Positions 1-9,195 of a DNA stretch of 64,000 nt are shown one piece after another (within the stretch, counting starts at the first letter, position 1; every line of letters starts with the position of its first letter). Origin of the DNA: Polyangiales bacterium (GTDB lineage Bacteria; Myxococcota_A; Polyangia; Polyangiales; Polyangiaceae); NCBI GenBank assembly GCA_038231275.1, contig JBBRLQ010000002.1, forward strand, positions 597,647-661,646, written 5' to 3'. The notes beneath the pieces are model-generated. The model saw only the letters and a list, made by a program, of their open reading frames with translations, did no database searches and had not been told where the DNA came from. The position numbers and the translations under genes were made by a program.

Positions 1-173
1 TCGGCGGAGGCATCGGCCGCGGCCATCGCGGCGCCCGCGTCGGAGGAGGCCGCGGCAGCGGACCCATCGTCGGCCGCATCGGCGCCGGCGTCCTTGGGCT
101 TGGGGCAGCCTACGAGCAGGGGGAGACACGTGAGGCCAGTGATGCCGGTGAGGAAGAGGACGCGGCTCTTCAT
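1..173 (-). CDS. Putative lipoprotein, N-terminal part (runs off the window edge)
   Basis: Translated by hand from ATG 173: MKSRVLFLTGITGLTCLPLLVGCPKPKDAGADAA..., with a signal peptide, LVGC lipobox and Ala/Asp-rich linker. Confidence 0.6.
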   Translation of the reverse strand, partial: MKSRVLFLTGITGLTCLPLLVGCPKPKDAGADAADDGSAAAASSDAGAAMAAADASA

Positions 174-219
174 GGAAGCCGCAGAATACACGGCCCGCAT
201 CCTGATATCGTCCGCGTTC

Positions 220-997
220 ATGAGCACGCTCGAATTCGTGGACGTCGCGACCGCGCGCAGCGCGCCGGGCGTGCGGATGGTCGTCTCCGGCCTCGTGCCG
301 AGCCCGTGGTCCGAGGCCGCCAAGGGTGTCTTCAAGATCGCCGGGGTCCCGGTGGTCGGCGTTCGCCGGATGCGCGACGGGGCCGAGATCGCCGCGTGGA
401 CCGGCGCCGATGCCGGTGGTGGTGTACGGCGCCGAGCCCGTACGCACGCATTGGGCGGCGATCACCACGCTCGCGGCGCGCCTCGCCGGACCCGACGTGG
501 TGCTCCCCACGGAGGTCGCGGCGCGCGCCGAGACGATGGGCATCCTCCACGAGCTCGCGGGCGAGGGCGGCCTCGGCTGGAACGCGCGCCTCGCGATGAT
601 CGACATCACCCTCACCACCGGCGGCGCGCGCGGCTTTCCCCTCCCGGTCGGCCAGCGTCTCGCGGAGCGCTACGGGTACACGCCGGAGGGTGCGCAGACC
701 AGCCGCGCCCGGGTCGAGCAGCAGCTAAAGTGGCTCCACGCACGTCTCCGCGCGCAGCACGCGCTCGGGCACGCCTACCTCGGCGGCGCGCGCATCTCCG
801 CGCTCGACGTCTATCTCGCGACGTTTCTCACTCCCCTCTCGGAGATCCGGGCCGAGGACTGTCCCGATCTCGTGCCGCTGCTGCGCCAAGCGTTCGGCTG
901 CGCGCACGAGGTGCTCGGCGCGCTCGTCCCCGCGGAGCTCGCGGCGCACCGCAAGATGATCTTCGAGCGTCACCTCACATGGCCGATCGCGCTCTGA
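220..997 (+). pseudogene. Glutathione S-transferase-like protein, frameshifted near 410 (pseudogene or sequencing error)
   Basis: MSTLEFVD...VPSPWSEAAKGVF...WTGAD lies in the 94 frame and continues as PVVVYGAEPVRTHW...YLGGARISALDVY in the 326 frame. The C-terminal motif is GST-like. Confidence 0.6.
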
Positions 998-1021
998 TCG
1001 CAGCAGAGCGACGCGCAATGC

Positions 1022-1450
1022 TCACTTTTTGGTGGTCTTCTTCGTGCTCTTCTTCGTGGCGCGCGCGGCGGAGTTGGCCGCCACCGCTGCGCGAACGAGC
1101 TGTTTGAAGGCAGTTGCGTTGATCTTCTCGCCCTCGCGGACATCGATCGCGCGCCGCGTGTTCCCTTCCAAGCTGGAGTTGAAGAGCTTCTTCGGATCGG
1201 CGAGGGAGGCGCCGCGCGCGAAGGTGAGCTTCACGACCTGCTTGTACGACTCCCCGGTGCAGACGATCCCGTCATGGGAAAAGACGGGAGTCCCCATCCA
1301 CTTCCACTCCTCCACGATCTCCGGCTCGGCGTCGTGAATGAGCGTACGGAGGTGAGCGAGCGTCTCTCCTCTCCAATCCCCGAGCTCTTCGATCCGCTCG
1401 GTGATCTTCGCGGAGGCGTCGTCGCCATTCGGATGCACTTTGGGAGTCAT
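1022..1450 (-). CDS. DUF1801 (YdhG-like) protein
   Basis: LGDWRGETL...IVEEWKWMGTPV...KLTFARGASLADPKKLFNSSLEGNTRRAID; AAGGAG RBS upstream of ATG 1450. Confidence 0.85.
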   Translation of the reverse strand: MTPKVHPNGDDASAKITERIEELGDWRGETLAHLRTLIHDAEPEIVEEWKWMGTPVFSHDGIVCTGESYKQVVKLTFARGASLADPKKLFNSSLEGNTRRAIDVREGEKINATAFKQLVRAAVAANSAARATKKSTKKTTKK

Positions 1451-1473
1451 GATCTCTGCGCTCCTTCGTAGCG

Positions 1474-1884
1474 TCAGCCCGCCGTGGCCAACGCCGACGT
1501 CTTCCGTCGATAGAAATAGTAGGAGAGGGCTTCGAGGACGAACGTTCCCACCGACCAGCCCCACGCCGCCACGCCCTCACCCACCGAGAGGTGCGCGATC
1601 AGCGCCGAGACGAGGACGATGGCGAACCCCGCATAGGCCCACTCCTTCAGCACCCGCGGGGCCATGGGCAGGACCAGGACGGCGATCCCAAGGAGCTTCG
1701 CGACGCAGAGCTCGATGCGAAAGTAGTCCGGGAATCCGAGGCGGGCGAAGACTTCGGCGGCTTGGGGGATGCGAAGGTGCGCGTACGCCGTGAAGCCCAT
1801 CTGGAGCGCGAACAGCGCCGTGAAGACCCAGTACGCGGTCACTGCGCCCTTGGAATTCTTCGTGCTGCCGTCCCGCGCCTTCAC
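1474..1884 (-). CDS. DoxX-like family membrane protein
   Basis: YWVFTALF...LGFPDYFR...KEWAYAGF motifs; GTG start overlaps the upstream TGA (GTGA). Confidence 0.85.
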   Translation of the reverse strand: MKARDGSTKNSKGAVTAYWVFTALFALQMGFTAYAHLRIPQAAEVFARLGFPDYFRIELCVAKLLGIAVLVLPMAPRVLKEWAYAGFAIVLVSALIAHLSVGEGVAAWGWSVGTFVLEALSYYFYRRKTSALATAG

Positions 1885-2321
1885 GCAATCTCCGCCAGAA
1901 CCGCGCCCAAGCGCTGGCCCACCATGAACTGCCAGCCCATCTTGGCGCCTTGGAAAAACCTCGCCTCCCCTTTGCCGGTCCGGAAGCCCGAGTGCTCCAG
2001 ACGCAGCAACGTGCCGCCGGTCCTGGTCGGCGTCAGCGTCCACGTGACCACCGTGTCGTCGAGGCCGCCGCCTCCCCACGAATAACGAAGGCGCGTGTGC
2101 GGCTCGATCTCCTGCATTTTGCAATTCACGGTCCCATCCCACCCCGGGCCCGACGGCGCCTTGAACGTGAAGGCTTTCCCGATGACAGGGTCCAGATCGG
2201 TCGACATGAGCCACTTCGCGAGCAGCGCGGGCTCGGTGAGCGCGCGCCACACCTTCGCGGGTGCGTGGGGGAGGTCGAGCTCCATCGAGATCGACTGTGT
2301 CTCTTCGGCCTTGTCGTTCAT
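1881..2321 (-). CDS. SRPBCC/AHSA1 domain protein
   Basis: PAKVWRALTEPALLAKWLM, LRYSW, GTLLRLEHSGF, GW motifs; ATGA overlap with the ArsR gene. Confidence 0.9.
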   Translation of the reverse strand: MNDKAEETQSISMELDLPHAPAKVWRALTEPALLAKWLMSTDLDPVIGKAFTFKAPSGPGWDGTVNCKMQEIEPHTRLRYSWGGGGLDDTVVTWTLTPTRTGGTLLRLEHSGFRTGKGEARFFQGAKMGWQFMVGQRLGAVLAEIA

Positions 2322-2635
2322 TCGTCCATCTCCTCGAGCAACGCTCGAAGCCCTTCGAGCCGTTCGACCCAGAACGCTTGGTAGTGCGCGATCCAATCGA
2401 CGAGCGGGCGCAGCCCCGTCAGCTTGACGCGGTAGTAGACGAGGCGGCCCTCGCGACGCTCGTCGACGAGGCCCGCCTCACGAAGCACCGCGAGGTGCTG
2501 GGACACGGCCGGCTGCGAAATGCCCGCGCGAGGGGTGAGGTCCCGCACGGCCGCCTCGCCCTTCGTCAGCTGCTCGAAGAGCGCTCTGCGACTCGGGTCG
2601 GCCAAGGCGCGGAAGACACGGTCCTGGCTGAGCAC
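2318..2635 (-). CDS. ArsR/SmtB family transcriptional regulator
   Basis: VFRALADPSRR...ISQPAVSQHLAVLREAGLV...REGRLVYY winged HTH. Confidence 0.92.
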   Translation of the reverse strand: MLSQDRVFRALADPSRRALFEQLTKGEAAVRDLTPRAGISQPAVSQHLAVLREAGLVDERREGRLVYYRVKLTGLRPLVDWIAHYQAFWVERLEGLRALLEEMDE

Positions 2636-2639
2636 GTCA

Positions 2640-2670
2640 AATCAATAAGCCACGGCTTATTGATTGTCAA
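2640..2670 (-). promoter_or_regulatory. 12-2-12 inverted repeat (probable ArsR operator) next to a TTGACA -35 element
   Basis: AATCAATAAGCC-AC-GGCTTATTGATT at 2640-2665; TTGACA on the minus strand at 2670-2665; directly upstream of the ArsR start. Confidence 0.8.
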
Positions 2671-2683
2671 GTCAGCCCCGCGC

Positions 2684-4468
2684 TCAGAGCCGTGGGCGCC
2701 ACATCGCGGTGCCGAGGACCATGAAGGCCTTCACGTCGTCGCCGGTGATGGCCTCGCCTTGCACCGTGAAGAGGAGCACCGAGCTCGGAAAGATCATCGC
2801 GGTGCCGCCGAACGCCGACTGCACGAGCGAGGAATGGATCGAGCGGTATTGAATGGTCGCGTAGCGGTAGTAGCTCGAGAGATCGAGGACATCGCGGAAG
2901 AGGCTCACGCCCGGGCCCGCGCTGCCGCCGTACATGTCGAGGTAGGTCGCGTGCGAGTAGTTCGCGGACGCGTCGATGCGAAGGATCTTGGCGATGCGAA
3001 CGACCCGGGCCGCGGCGAAACCGCCCGTCATGCTCGGCTCGTCGCTCACGCCGAGATCGCCGACCCTGGTGCCGCCGAGGACCAGCGAGAACGTGCCCAG
3101 CTCGACGCCGGCGTCGATCGCGCCGACCGCCCGCTTGCTCACCTTTCCGTCGCACACCTCGGGGGCCGGAGGAGCGCCGACGGCGGCGGGGATGGTTCGG
3201 CAGAACCAGGTGATGGGCAGGTACGAGGCGAGCCAGCGCGAGCGAATCGGTTGGCGAATGTCGGTACGGACGCCGAATTGGAAGGGGCCGATGCGCGTCG
3301 ACGCGTCGAAGCCCGCGGCGGTGAGCTCGATCGCCGAAGCTCCCCAAGGGTTGTCCTTCGAAAAATTCGTGACCTCGAACGTGCCGCCGATGCGCGCGGG
3401 TCCTGGGTAGATCCCGACCACGCCCGAGACGCGGCGCTCGTCGAGAGATCCGCCGAACGTCGTGCCGTGCGCGACGAGCGCGGCTTCGGGGCGCAGGTCC
3501 GCCTCCGGTCGACTGAACGCTGCTTCTACGCCGAAGCGCTGCGCGTCGACGGCCGGCGCGCCGCTCAGCGGATCGGGCAAGACGCCGCCGAACGCGCCGA
3601 CCGAGAATCCGCCGCCGACGGGCGCCCGCAGGCGGAGACCGTCGAGCGTGCCCAGCGTGCTCGCCGCGTAGCGCATGCGCCCGATCCCCGCGAAATAGCC
3701 GGCGCGGCTGTAGCTGGCGAGGGCCTCGCGGAGCCAGATCGTCGGACGCGCCGATCCCCCATCGCGTGTGCTGAGGGGCGTCGCGGCCCAACGCTGGACC
3801 GACGCGTCGAAGTCGAACGCGACCGGCGCGGCGAACGGCTCGGCGTGGATGCGCGCGTTGATCTCCACGTGGCCGATCCCCGCGCCACGCGGCCCGATCG
3901 GGAGCAGCGCGCCCGCCGATGTCGACAGACGAACGTCCCAACGCCGGCTGCGCTCCGCGTCACCCAGGGGGACATACTTCGGCTTCTGCGCGCTCGCCGG
4001 CGCGGTCTCGTCCGTCCACCCCTGCTGCCACGTCGCCAGCGGCCGCGGCGGCGGGAGCTCCTTCGCCTTCTCGGTATCCTCGCCGACGATCGAAGCCTTC
4101 CCCTTCTCCTGCTCGCGGAGGAGATCGTCGCCGGTGTCCACGATCGCGAACGACGCGGTCGATTGGACCACCGGGTATTCTTTGCGATCGATCGTGACCT
4201 TCGATCCTCTGTGCACGCCGCCCGCGGTGCCCGGCTTCACGTACGCCGCGCGGCCCGCGACTTCGACGACGACGACGTCGATCGACGTGGCGCCGCGCGG
4301 AGGAGGAGCCGGCGGAGGCACCGACACTGGACCGGGGGCTGGCGCGGGGACGTGCGCAGGCGCGGGCAGAGGCTTGGGCTTCGGCTTCCGCTGCGCCGCG
4401 GCCGTCGACGCGACGAGGCTCACGGCGAGCGCGAGGAGGCTCGCGACGTGGAGGATCGAGAGCCTCAT
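2684..4468 (-). CDS. Secreted protein, probable outer-membrane beta-barrel (candidate porin of a porin-cytochrome complex)
   Basis: Signal peptide MRLSILH...AAAQ, Pro-rich linker, then about 400 aa of alternating Gly/aromatic amphipathic strands (GFSVGAFGG, FGVEAAF, RIDASANYS, DLSSYYRY). ATGA-coupled to the decaheme gene. Confidence 0.65.
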   Translation of the reverse strand: MRLSILHVASLLALAVSLVASTAAAQRKPKPKPLPAPAHVPAPAPGPVSVPPPAPPPRGATSIDVVVVEVAGRAAYVKPGTAGGVHRGSKVTIDRKEYPVVQSTASFAIVDTGDDLLREQEKGKASIVGEDTEKAKELPPPRPLATWQQGWTDETAPASAQKPKYVPLGDAERSRRWDVRLSTSAGALLPIGPRGAGIGHVEINARIHAEPFAAPVAFDFDASVQRWAATPLSTRDGGSARPTIWLREALASYSRAGYFAGIGRMRYAASTLGTLDGLRLRAPVGGGFSVGAFGGVLPDPLSGAPAVDAQRFGVEAAFSRPEADLRPEAALVAHGTTFGGSLDERRVSGVVGIYPGPARIGGTFEVTNFSKDNPWGASAIELTAAGFDASTRIGPFQFGVRTDIRQPIRSRWLASYLPITWFCRTIPAAVGAPPAPEVCDGKVSKRAVGAIDAGVELGTFSLVLGGTRVGDLGVSDEPSMTGGFAAARVVRIAKILRIDASANYSHATYLDMYGGSAGPGVSLFRDVLDLSSYYRYATIQYRSIHSSLVQSAFGGTAMIFPSSVLLFTVQGEAITGDDVKAFMVLGTAMWRPRL

Positions 4469-5499
4469 CGGCGCGCTCCTCCCGGGTGGCAGCTGAGGCA
4501 CGAGGCACCGTCGCTCGCGACCGGTTTCTTGTGCTGCTGCATCAGGCGCATCGGATCGTGCGTGTGGCAGCCGATGCATCGCACCGCGCGGGGCACCGCC
4601 GGCGAGGAGTGGCAGTCCTCGCAGGTCGCGGTGCGGTGCACGCCGAACGAAATCGGGAACCGCAGATCGTGGCCGGCCGGCGCAGCACGCAGACCGCTCG
4701 TCACCGCGCTCGTCCCGGTTCCTGGGATCGTCGCCGGCACCCACGCGATCGCGCGGTGGCAAAGGCTGCAATCGCGAGGGAACGGCGGGGTCGTGGCGTC
4801 ACCCACGTGAGAAGGCCGCAGATCAGGCCGGCGGAAGTCCTTCTCGTGACAGGCGAAGCACTCGATGGGCGCGCCCGTCCAGCGGTGCTCGCTGGCGCGG
4901 CGATGGCACTCCGAGCAGTCCGCGAGCACGTGCATCCCGGTCAGCGGGAAGCGCGTCATGCGATGGATCTCGAGCGGCCTCGTCACCTTCCATCCGGCCG
5001 GCGAGTGGCAGTTGTCGCAGGATCGCGAGAGGCGCCCGCGATGGAAGTCCTCGTGGCAGCTGATGCACGATCGCTTGATGGCGCGCGTGCTGTTGTGGCA
5101 CGAGACGCACGACGCGTGAATGTGCTGTCCGGTGAGCGGAAAGCCGGTGGTCGAGTGATCGAACTTCACCTCGCCGCCCGCCGCGTCCTTGTCCTTCCAC
5201 GCGGTGGTGGAGTGGCATGCGCTGCACGCAACCGCGTCGGTGAAGCTCCGCTTGGCGGCCGCGCCCGCGGGGGATGGCGAGGTCGCGGCCTGCGTTGCGG
5301 ACGGGGCCGGTGCGGCGGGCGGGGGGGACGAGGCCGACGGCGGCGGCGGGGCGGACGAAGCGGACCACGCGGACGGCGCCGGCGCGAGAGGCGGGGGGCC
5401 GCCCGCCGGGGTTGCGCCCGGCTGCGCAAACGCGATCGGAGCGAGCGCGGCCACGAACAGGCACAGCGCGAGCGCGAGGGTGCGGGGCGCGGTCGTCAT
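4465..5499 (-). CDS. Decaheme cytochrome c, periplasmic (344 aa)
   Basis: Sec signal, Pro/Ala linker, 10 CxxCH motifs counted, H-x4-FPLTGxH spacers. Confidence 0.92.
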   Translation of the reverse strand: MTTAPRTLALALCLFVAALAPIAFAQPGATPAGGPPPLAPAPSAWSASSAPPPPSASSPPPAAPAPSATQAATSPSPAGAAAKRSFTDAVACSACHSTTAWKDKDAAGGEVKFDHSTTGFPLTGQHIHASCVSCHNSTRAIKRSCISCHEDFHRGRLSRSCDNCHSPAGWKVTRPLEIHRMTRFPLTGMHVLADCSECHRRASEHRWTGAPIECFACHEKDFRRPDLRPSHVGDATTPPFPRDCSLCHRAIAWVPATIPGTGTSAVTSGLRAAPAGHDLRFPISFGVHRTATCEDCHSSPAVPRAVRCIGCHTHDPMRLMQQHKKPVASDGASCLSCHPGGARR

Positions 5500-7337
5500 A
5501 GCTCCGCCCGCGCTTCGTGAGGGTTGGCGTGGCAGAACTTGCACTCGTTCGACGAGAGCCGCCACCGGATGGTCGGCTTGGCTTCACCGCGTACCGGCGC
5601 CATCGCGTGGCACTTCACGCACTCGGCCTTCGCGTGCTTCCCGGTCAACGCCCAGCCGGTGATCGCGACGTGATCGAAGCCCGGGATCTTGAACGCCTTC
5701 GTCGAGTGACACTTGTCGCACTCCTGCACCGGGGCCTTCATGCGGAACTGGCCGAGGTGAATGTCCTCGTGGCAGCCGCCGCAGTTGCGTGGCACGCCGC
5801 GGTAGCTCGCGCCGCTTCCCTTCTTGCGATCTTCGGGCGTCGGGTGGTGGCAGCTGTCGCACTGGGCCGTGGCGTGCACGCCGGTCAGCGGCCAGATGCG
5901 GTGATCGATCTTCGGGAGCTTCCATCCATTCGACTCGTGGCACTGCGCGCAGCCCCCGATCGCCATCTCTTTCGCGAACTGGTTGCCGTGCGGATTCGCG
6001 TGGCAGTCGGCGCACACTTGCTTGACGACGTGGAGATCCATGCGCGGGCGCGCCGCCTTGTGGCACTCGGAGCACGGCGTCGCGATGTGCTTGCCGATGA
6101 GCGGGAAGCGCGTCGTCGCGTGCGAGACCACGCTGAAGAGCGTGGGATAGAACCCCGGCGTCGCGTGGCACGGAGCGCACTCGCCTTTGTCCGCCTTGAC
6201 GAACTCGCCCTTGTGCTTGTCCTCGTGGCAGTCTGCGCAGCGACCGAACGCGAGCTTTCGGTAGCGTGCCTCTCGTGGGATCTCCGGTTTGTGGCAGCCC
6301 GCGCACGGCGTGGCCTCGTGCTTGCCGGTGAGCGGGTACTCTGTCCGCGGATGGGCGGCGAGGCCGACGGACCGCGCCAGACCGAGCCACTGGATCGACG
6401 CGTGGCAGCTCCCGCACGCGCGTCCGAACGGCGCCTTGTGGATCGGCCGATGGCACGACGCGCACTCTCGTCCCTTCGAAGGTGCGACGAGGTTGCCCTT
6501 GTCGTGGCACGTCTTGCACGCGACCTGCGCGTGTCCGTTGCCGAGGCTCGTGCCCGGATGCTTCGCGCCGCCGTGCTTGAACGTCACCGGCTTCCACTTC
6601 GTGTCCTCGTGGCAGTCGGGGCACGACGGACCGAGGCGCCCGTCGTGGACGTCCTTGTGGCAATCCTGGCAGACGGCGAACTTGAGCCCGACGTACTTCG
6701 GCGGCTCCATGTGGCACTTCGCGCAGAGGACCTTCTGGTGCGCGCCGCGCAGCGGAAACTTCGAGAGATCGTGGTCGAAGGTCTTGAGGTTGAGCTCCTT
6801 CCACGCCGTCTCGTTGTGGCAGTTGAGGCACGTCGCTCCGAAGCGCCCTTGGTGTTGATCCTTGTGGCACGGCACGCACGTCGTCCCGAGGCCGAGGAAC
6901 GTCGGGTTGCCGCGCGCGTTGCTCTTGGTGTGGCACTTGTTGCACGCCGTCGTCTGGTGCGCGCCGTTCAGCGGCCAGCCGGTCTGCGCGTGATCGAGCT
7001 TGGTCTGATCTCCACCGGGCCATCGCATGAGCGCCCTCGCGCCCAGGTGCTCGGCGTGGCATTTCTCGCACGCCTGCCCCTTGAACTGGCGGCCGTGGAG
7101 GCCTTGCCCCGCCGCGATCCGCCCGCCGAGATCGCCGTGGCACTTGAGGCAGCCGCTCTGGTCGACGCGCTTTCCGGAGCTGTGGCATTCGCTGCAGTGC
7201 GTGTCTCCTTCGAGCGAGGCGTGCGCCTTCGACATCGGCCCCGGCGAAAGAAGCTGCGCGCGCGCGACACGGGCGGACACCATCACCAGAAAGGCGACCG
7301 CAACGCCGAGGACCACGCGGACGAGCGTCCGCTTCAT
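5496..7337 (-). CDS. Multiheme cytochrome c with 23 CxxCH motifs (613 aa)
   Basis: Signal MKRTLVR...ARAQ, then SPGPMSKAHASLEG and 23 CxxCH motifs in triheme repeats separated by [FWY]PLxGxH. TAATG overlap with the upstream gene. Confidence 0.93.
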   Translation of the reverse strand: MKRTLVRVVLGVAVAFLVMVSARVARAQLLSPGPMSKAHASLEGDTHCSECHSSGKRVDQSGCLKCHGDLGGRIAAGQGLHGRQFKGQACEKCHAEHLGARALMRWPGGDQTKLDHAQTGWPLNGAHQTTACNKCHTKSNARGNPTFLGLGTTCVPCHKDQHQGRFGATCLNCHNETAWKELNLKTFDHDLSKFPLRGAHQKVLCAKCHMEPPKYVGLKFAVCQDCHKDVHDGRLGPSCPDCHEDTKWKPVTFKHGGAKHPGTSLGNGHAQVACKTCHDKGNLVAPSKGRECASCHRPIHKAPFGRACGSCHASIQWLGLARSVGLAAHPRTEYPLTGKHEATPCAGCHKPEIPREARYRKLAFGRCADCHEDKHKGEFVKADKGECAPCHATPGFYPTLFSVVSHATTRFPLIGKHIATPCSECHKAARPRMDLHVVKQVCADCHANPHGNQFAKEMAIGGCAQCHESNGWKLPKIDHRIWPLTGVHATAQCDSCHHPTPEDRKKGSGASYRGVPRNCGGCHEDIHLGQFRMKAPVQECDKCHSTKAFKIPGFDHVAITGWALTGKHAKAECVKCHAMAPVRGEAKPTIRWRLSSNECKFCHANPHEARAEL

Positions 7338-8245
7338 TAGAAGATCCACCGAAAGCCGTAGTACCAGGCGACGCCGATGTGCACCGACACGCTGAGGACC
7401 ATCAAGAGCGCGAGGAAGCGATGAATCGAGCGCCACGAGCGCATCACCGCTCCGCCGGCGTGCGTGTCGACTTCCGAGGCCGCGAGCTGGCCGAGCTCCT
7501 CGATGAGCGCGCGAACGAACTTGGGGTCTTTTACTTCGACCACGCGCGCGAGCTTGTCGCCTCGAACGGCCTCTCCCATTCCGCGCCGCCGTTGCCTGGC
7601 CTCGAGGATCCAACGCGGCATCGTCACAACCGCGCGAAAGATCGACGCGTCGGCCGGGAGCCGCGTCACCGGCGCCGTCTTGACGAACTCCTCCACGCGC
7701 TTCGCGACGCCGGGCAACAGCGGCTGAATCTCCGCGAGTCGGTCCTTGAGCGGCTTGAGACCCGCCTTTGGGACGAGCGCGTAGAGGTAGAGGCCGATGA
7801 GGCCCGTGAGGACCACGATGCCGAGGCTCACCGACGTGAGCGTCGCGATCGGCGTGCGCAGCTGGAACGCCGAGTGGAACACCACGAGCAGCGACCCCAC
7901 GAGCCCGGTGAAGACGTGGATGTTGAGCCACGTCTTCATGGTGCCGAACGAGTCTGGGATGTAACGGGCGAACCGCCGCCGCACGAGGTAGAGCAGGTTC
8001 GTCAGGATCAGCGCGGTCCCGACGATGCCGTAGCCGTGGCCCAAGAACCCGGAGGGGCTCAGCGTCCGGAAGTCCTGATGGTCGACGCGGGCGTCGAGGG
8101 AGAGCCGGTAGTAGCTCATGCCGCGCCAGAAGAGGAGCGCGGTCAGGAGCACGAGAATGAGCACCGTGAGGACCAGCGCGATGCGCCGCGGCTTCGCCGG
8201 CTCCGGCCCACCCGCGGGTCCGCTCGTCGTGACGACCTGGCTCAT
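7337..8245 (-). CDS. Polytopic inner-membrane protein, cytochrome b/ferric-reductase-like
   Basis: About 5-6 hydrophobic helices with paired His residues: WLNIHVFTG...VVFHSAF and WRSIHRFLALLMVLSVSVHIG (each pair 13-14 aa apart). Confidence 0.7.
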   Translation of the reverse strand: MSQVVTTSGPAGGPEPAKPRRIALVLTVLILVLLTALLFWRGMSYYRLSLDARVDHQDFRTLSPSGFLGHGYGIVGTALILTNLLYLVRRRFARYIPDSFGTMKTWLNIHVFTGLVGSLLVVFHSAFQLRTPIATLTSVSLGIVVLTGLIGLYLYALVPKAGLKPLKDRLAEIQPLLPGVAKRVEEFVKTAPVTRLPADASIFRAVVTMPRWILEARQRRRGMGEAVRGDKLARVVEVKDPKFVRALIEELGQLAASEVDTHAGGAVMRSWRSIHRFLALLMVLSVSVHIGVAWYYGFRWIF

Positions 8246-8365
8246 TGGCTCCCCAGGAGACCAGAGACGCGCGCGCTCGTACCAGACAAATCCGGCGCAC
8301 TCCTGCCCTCCGCGATCGATCCTCGAGCGGATCTTCGGCTCAGCGTCATCCGTGCCTGGTGTGAA

Positions 8366-8989
8366 TCAGAATCCGTCGGAGCGGCGCGCCGCGAGTGCGA
8401 CCGCGCTCACCGTCTGCGGCGGCGCCCGGCGAGGCGCGCGAGTGGCCTTGCGCGAGTTTCTCTTCTCCGGCGTCGCGGTGGCCGACGGCGCGTCCTTCGC
8501 CGGCTTCGCCTCCGGCGTGATCGGCTTGGCGGCAGGGGCGACCGGAGAGACCGCAGCGAGCGGCGAGACCGGTGCGACGTTGGTGACCGTCGGCGGTGCA
8601 GCGATCGGCGCGGCGACCGGCGCAGGTGCAGGCGCGGCTACCGCGGCGACGACTGCAGGAGCAGCGACGGGCGCATCCGTCGCGCCGCGCCCCAGAACGA
8701 TCGCGTGCCCTCGCTCGACGATGAACGACCGCGTCGACCCATCCACGAAGATCGCGCCGACGACGACGAGGAGGGCCGCGGCGATTACGTACCGGACCTT
8801 CCCGTGACGCTTCTTCGGGGCGATGCCCTGAAGCGCGTTGAAGAACGCCGGGCTCAGCTCGACGAGGGCCGTCTGAATTTCCGTGAGCGACTCGAACGCC
8901 CTGCGGATGACCGGCGGGTCGTAGTCCGTCGCGTCTAGGAGGGCCAATCGACGCGCGCTCGAGGGGGGAGGGTTAGCCACGTTCGACAT
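8366..8989 (-). CDS. Hypothetical single-pass membrane protein with Pro/Ala-rich tail
   Basis: TM segment YVIAAALLVVVGAIFV; low-complexity C-terminus. Confidence 0.6.
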   Translation of the reverse strand: MSNVANPPPSSARRLALLDATDYDPPVIRRAFESLTEIQTALVELSPAFFNALQGIAPKKRHGKVRYVIAAALLVVVGAIFVDGSTRSFIVERGHAIVLGRGATDAPVAAPAVVAAVAAPAPAPVAAPIAAPPTVTNVAPVSPLAAVSPVAPAAKPITPEAKPAKDAPSATATPEKRNSRKATRAPRRAPPQTVSAVALAARRSDGF

Positions 8990-9195
8990 GCGCTCTGTAG
9001 GTGGGGTGCCAGCCTTTGGAGGCGGCAGGAAAGAGCAGTCACCGGCAAAAAATCGCCTGCTTACCTGGATCTTCGACGCACCGGCGGCGTCGCGCCGCGC
9101 GCTTGAGCTATCGCCAAATGACCATGAATCGCGTAGTTAGAGTGGATCGTAAACGATCCAGCCGCTCGTTGCTCCTCTAGTTAGTACTCCAACGC

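Noticed and set aside
2684-5499. Naming the barrel and decaheme mtrB/mtrA
   Set aside because: Heme count fits, but repeat spacing and motifs do not resemble MtrA, and the barrel lacks a terminal Phe. Gene symbols withheld.
8990-9195. Riboswitch or ncRNA in the intergenic gap within the cytochrome locus
   Set aside because: No recognisable aptamer consensus by eye; an Rfam scan would be needed.
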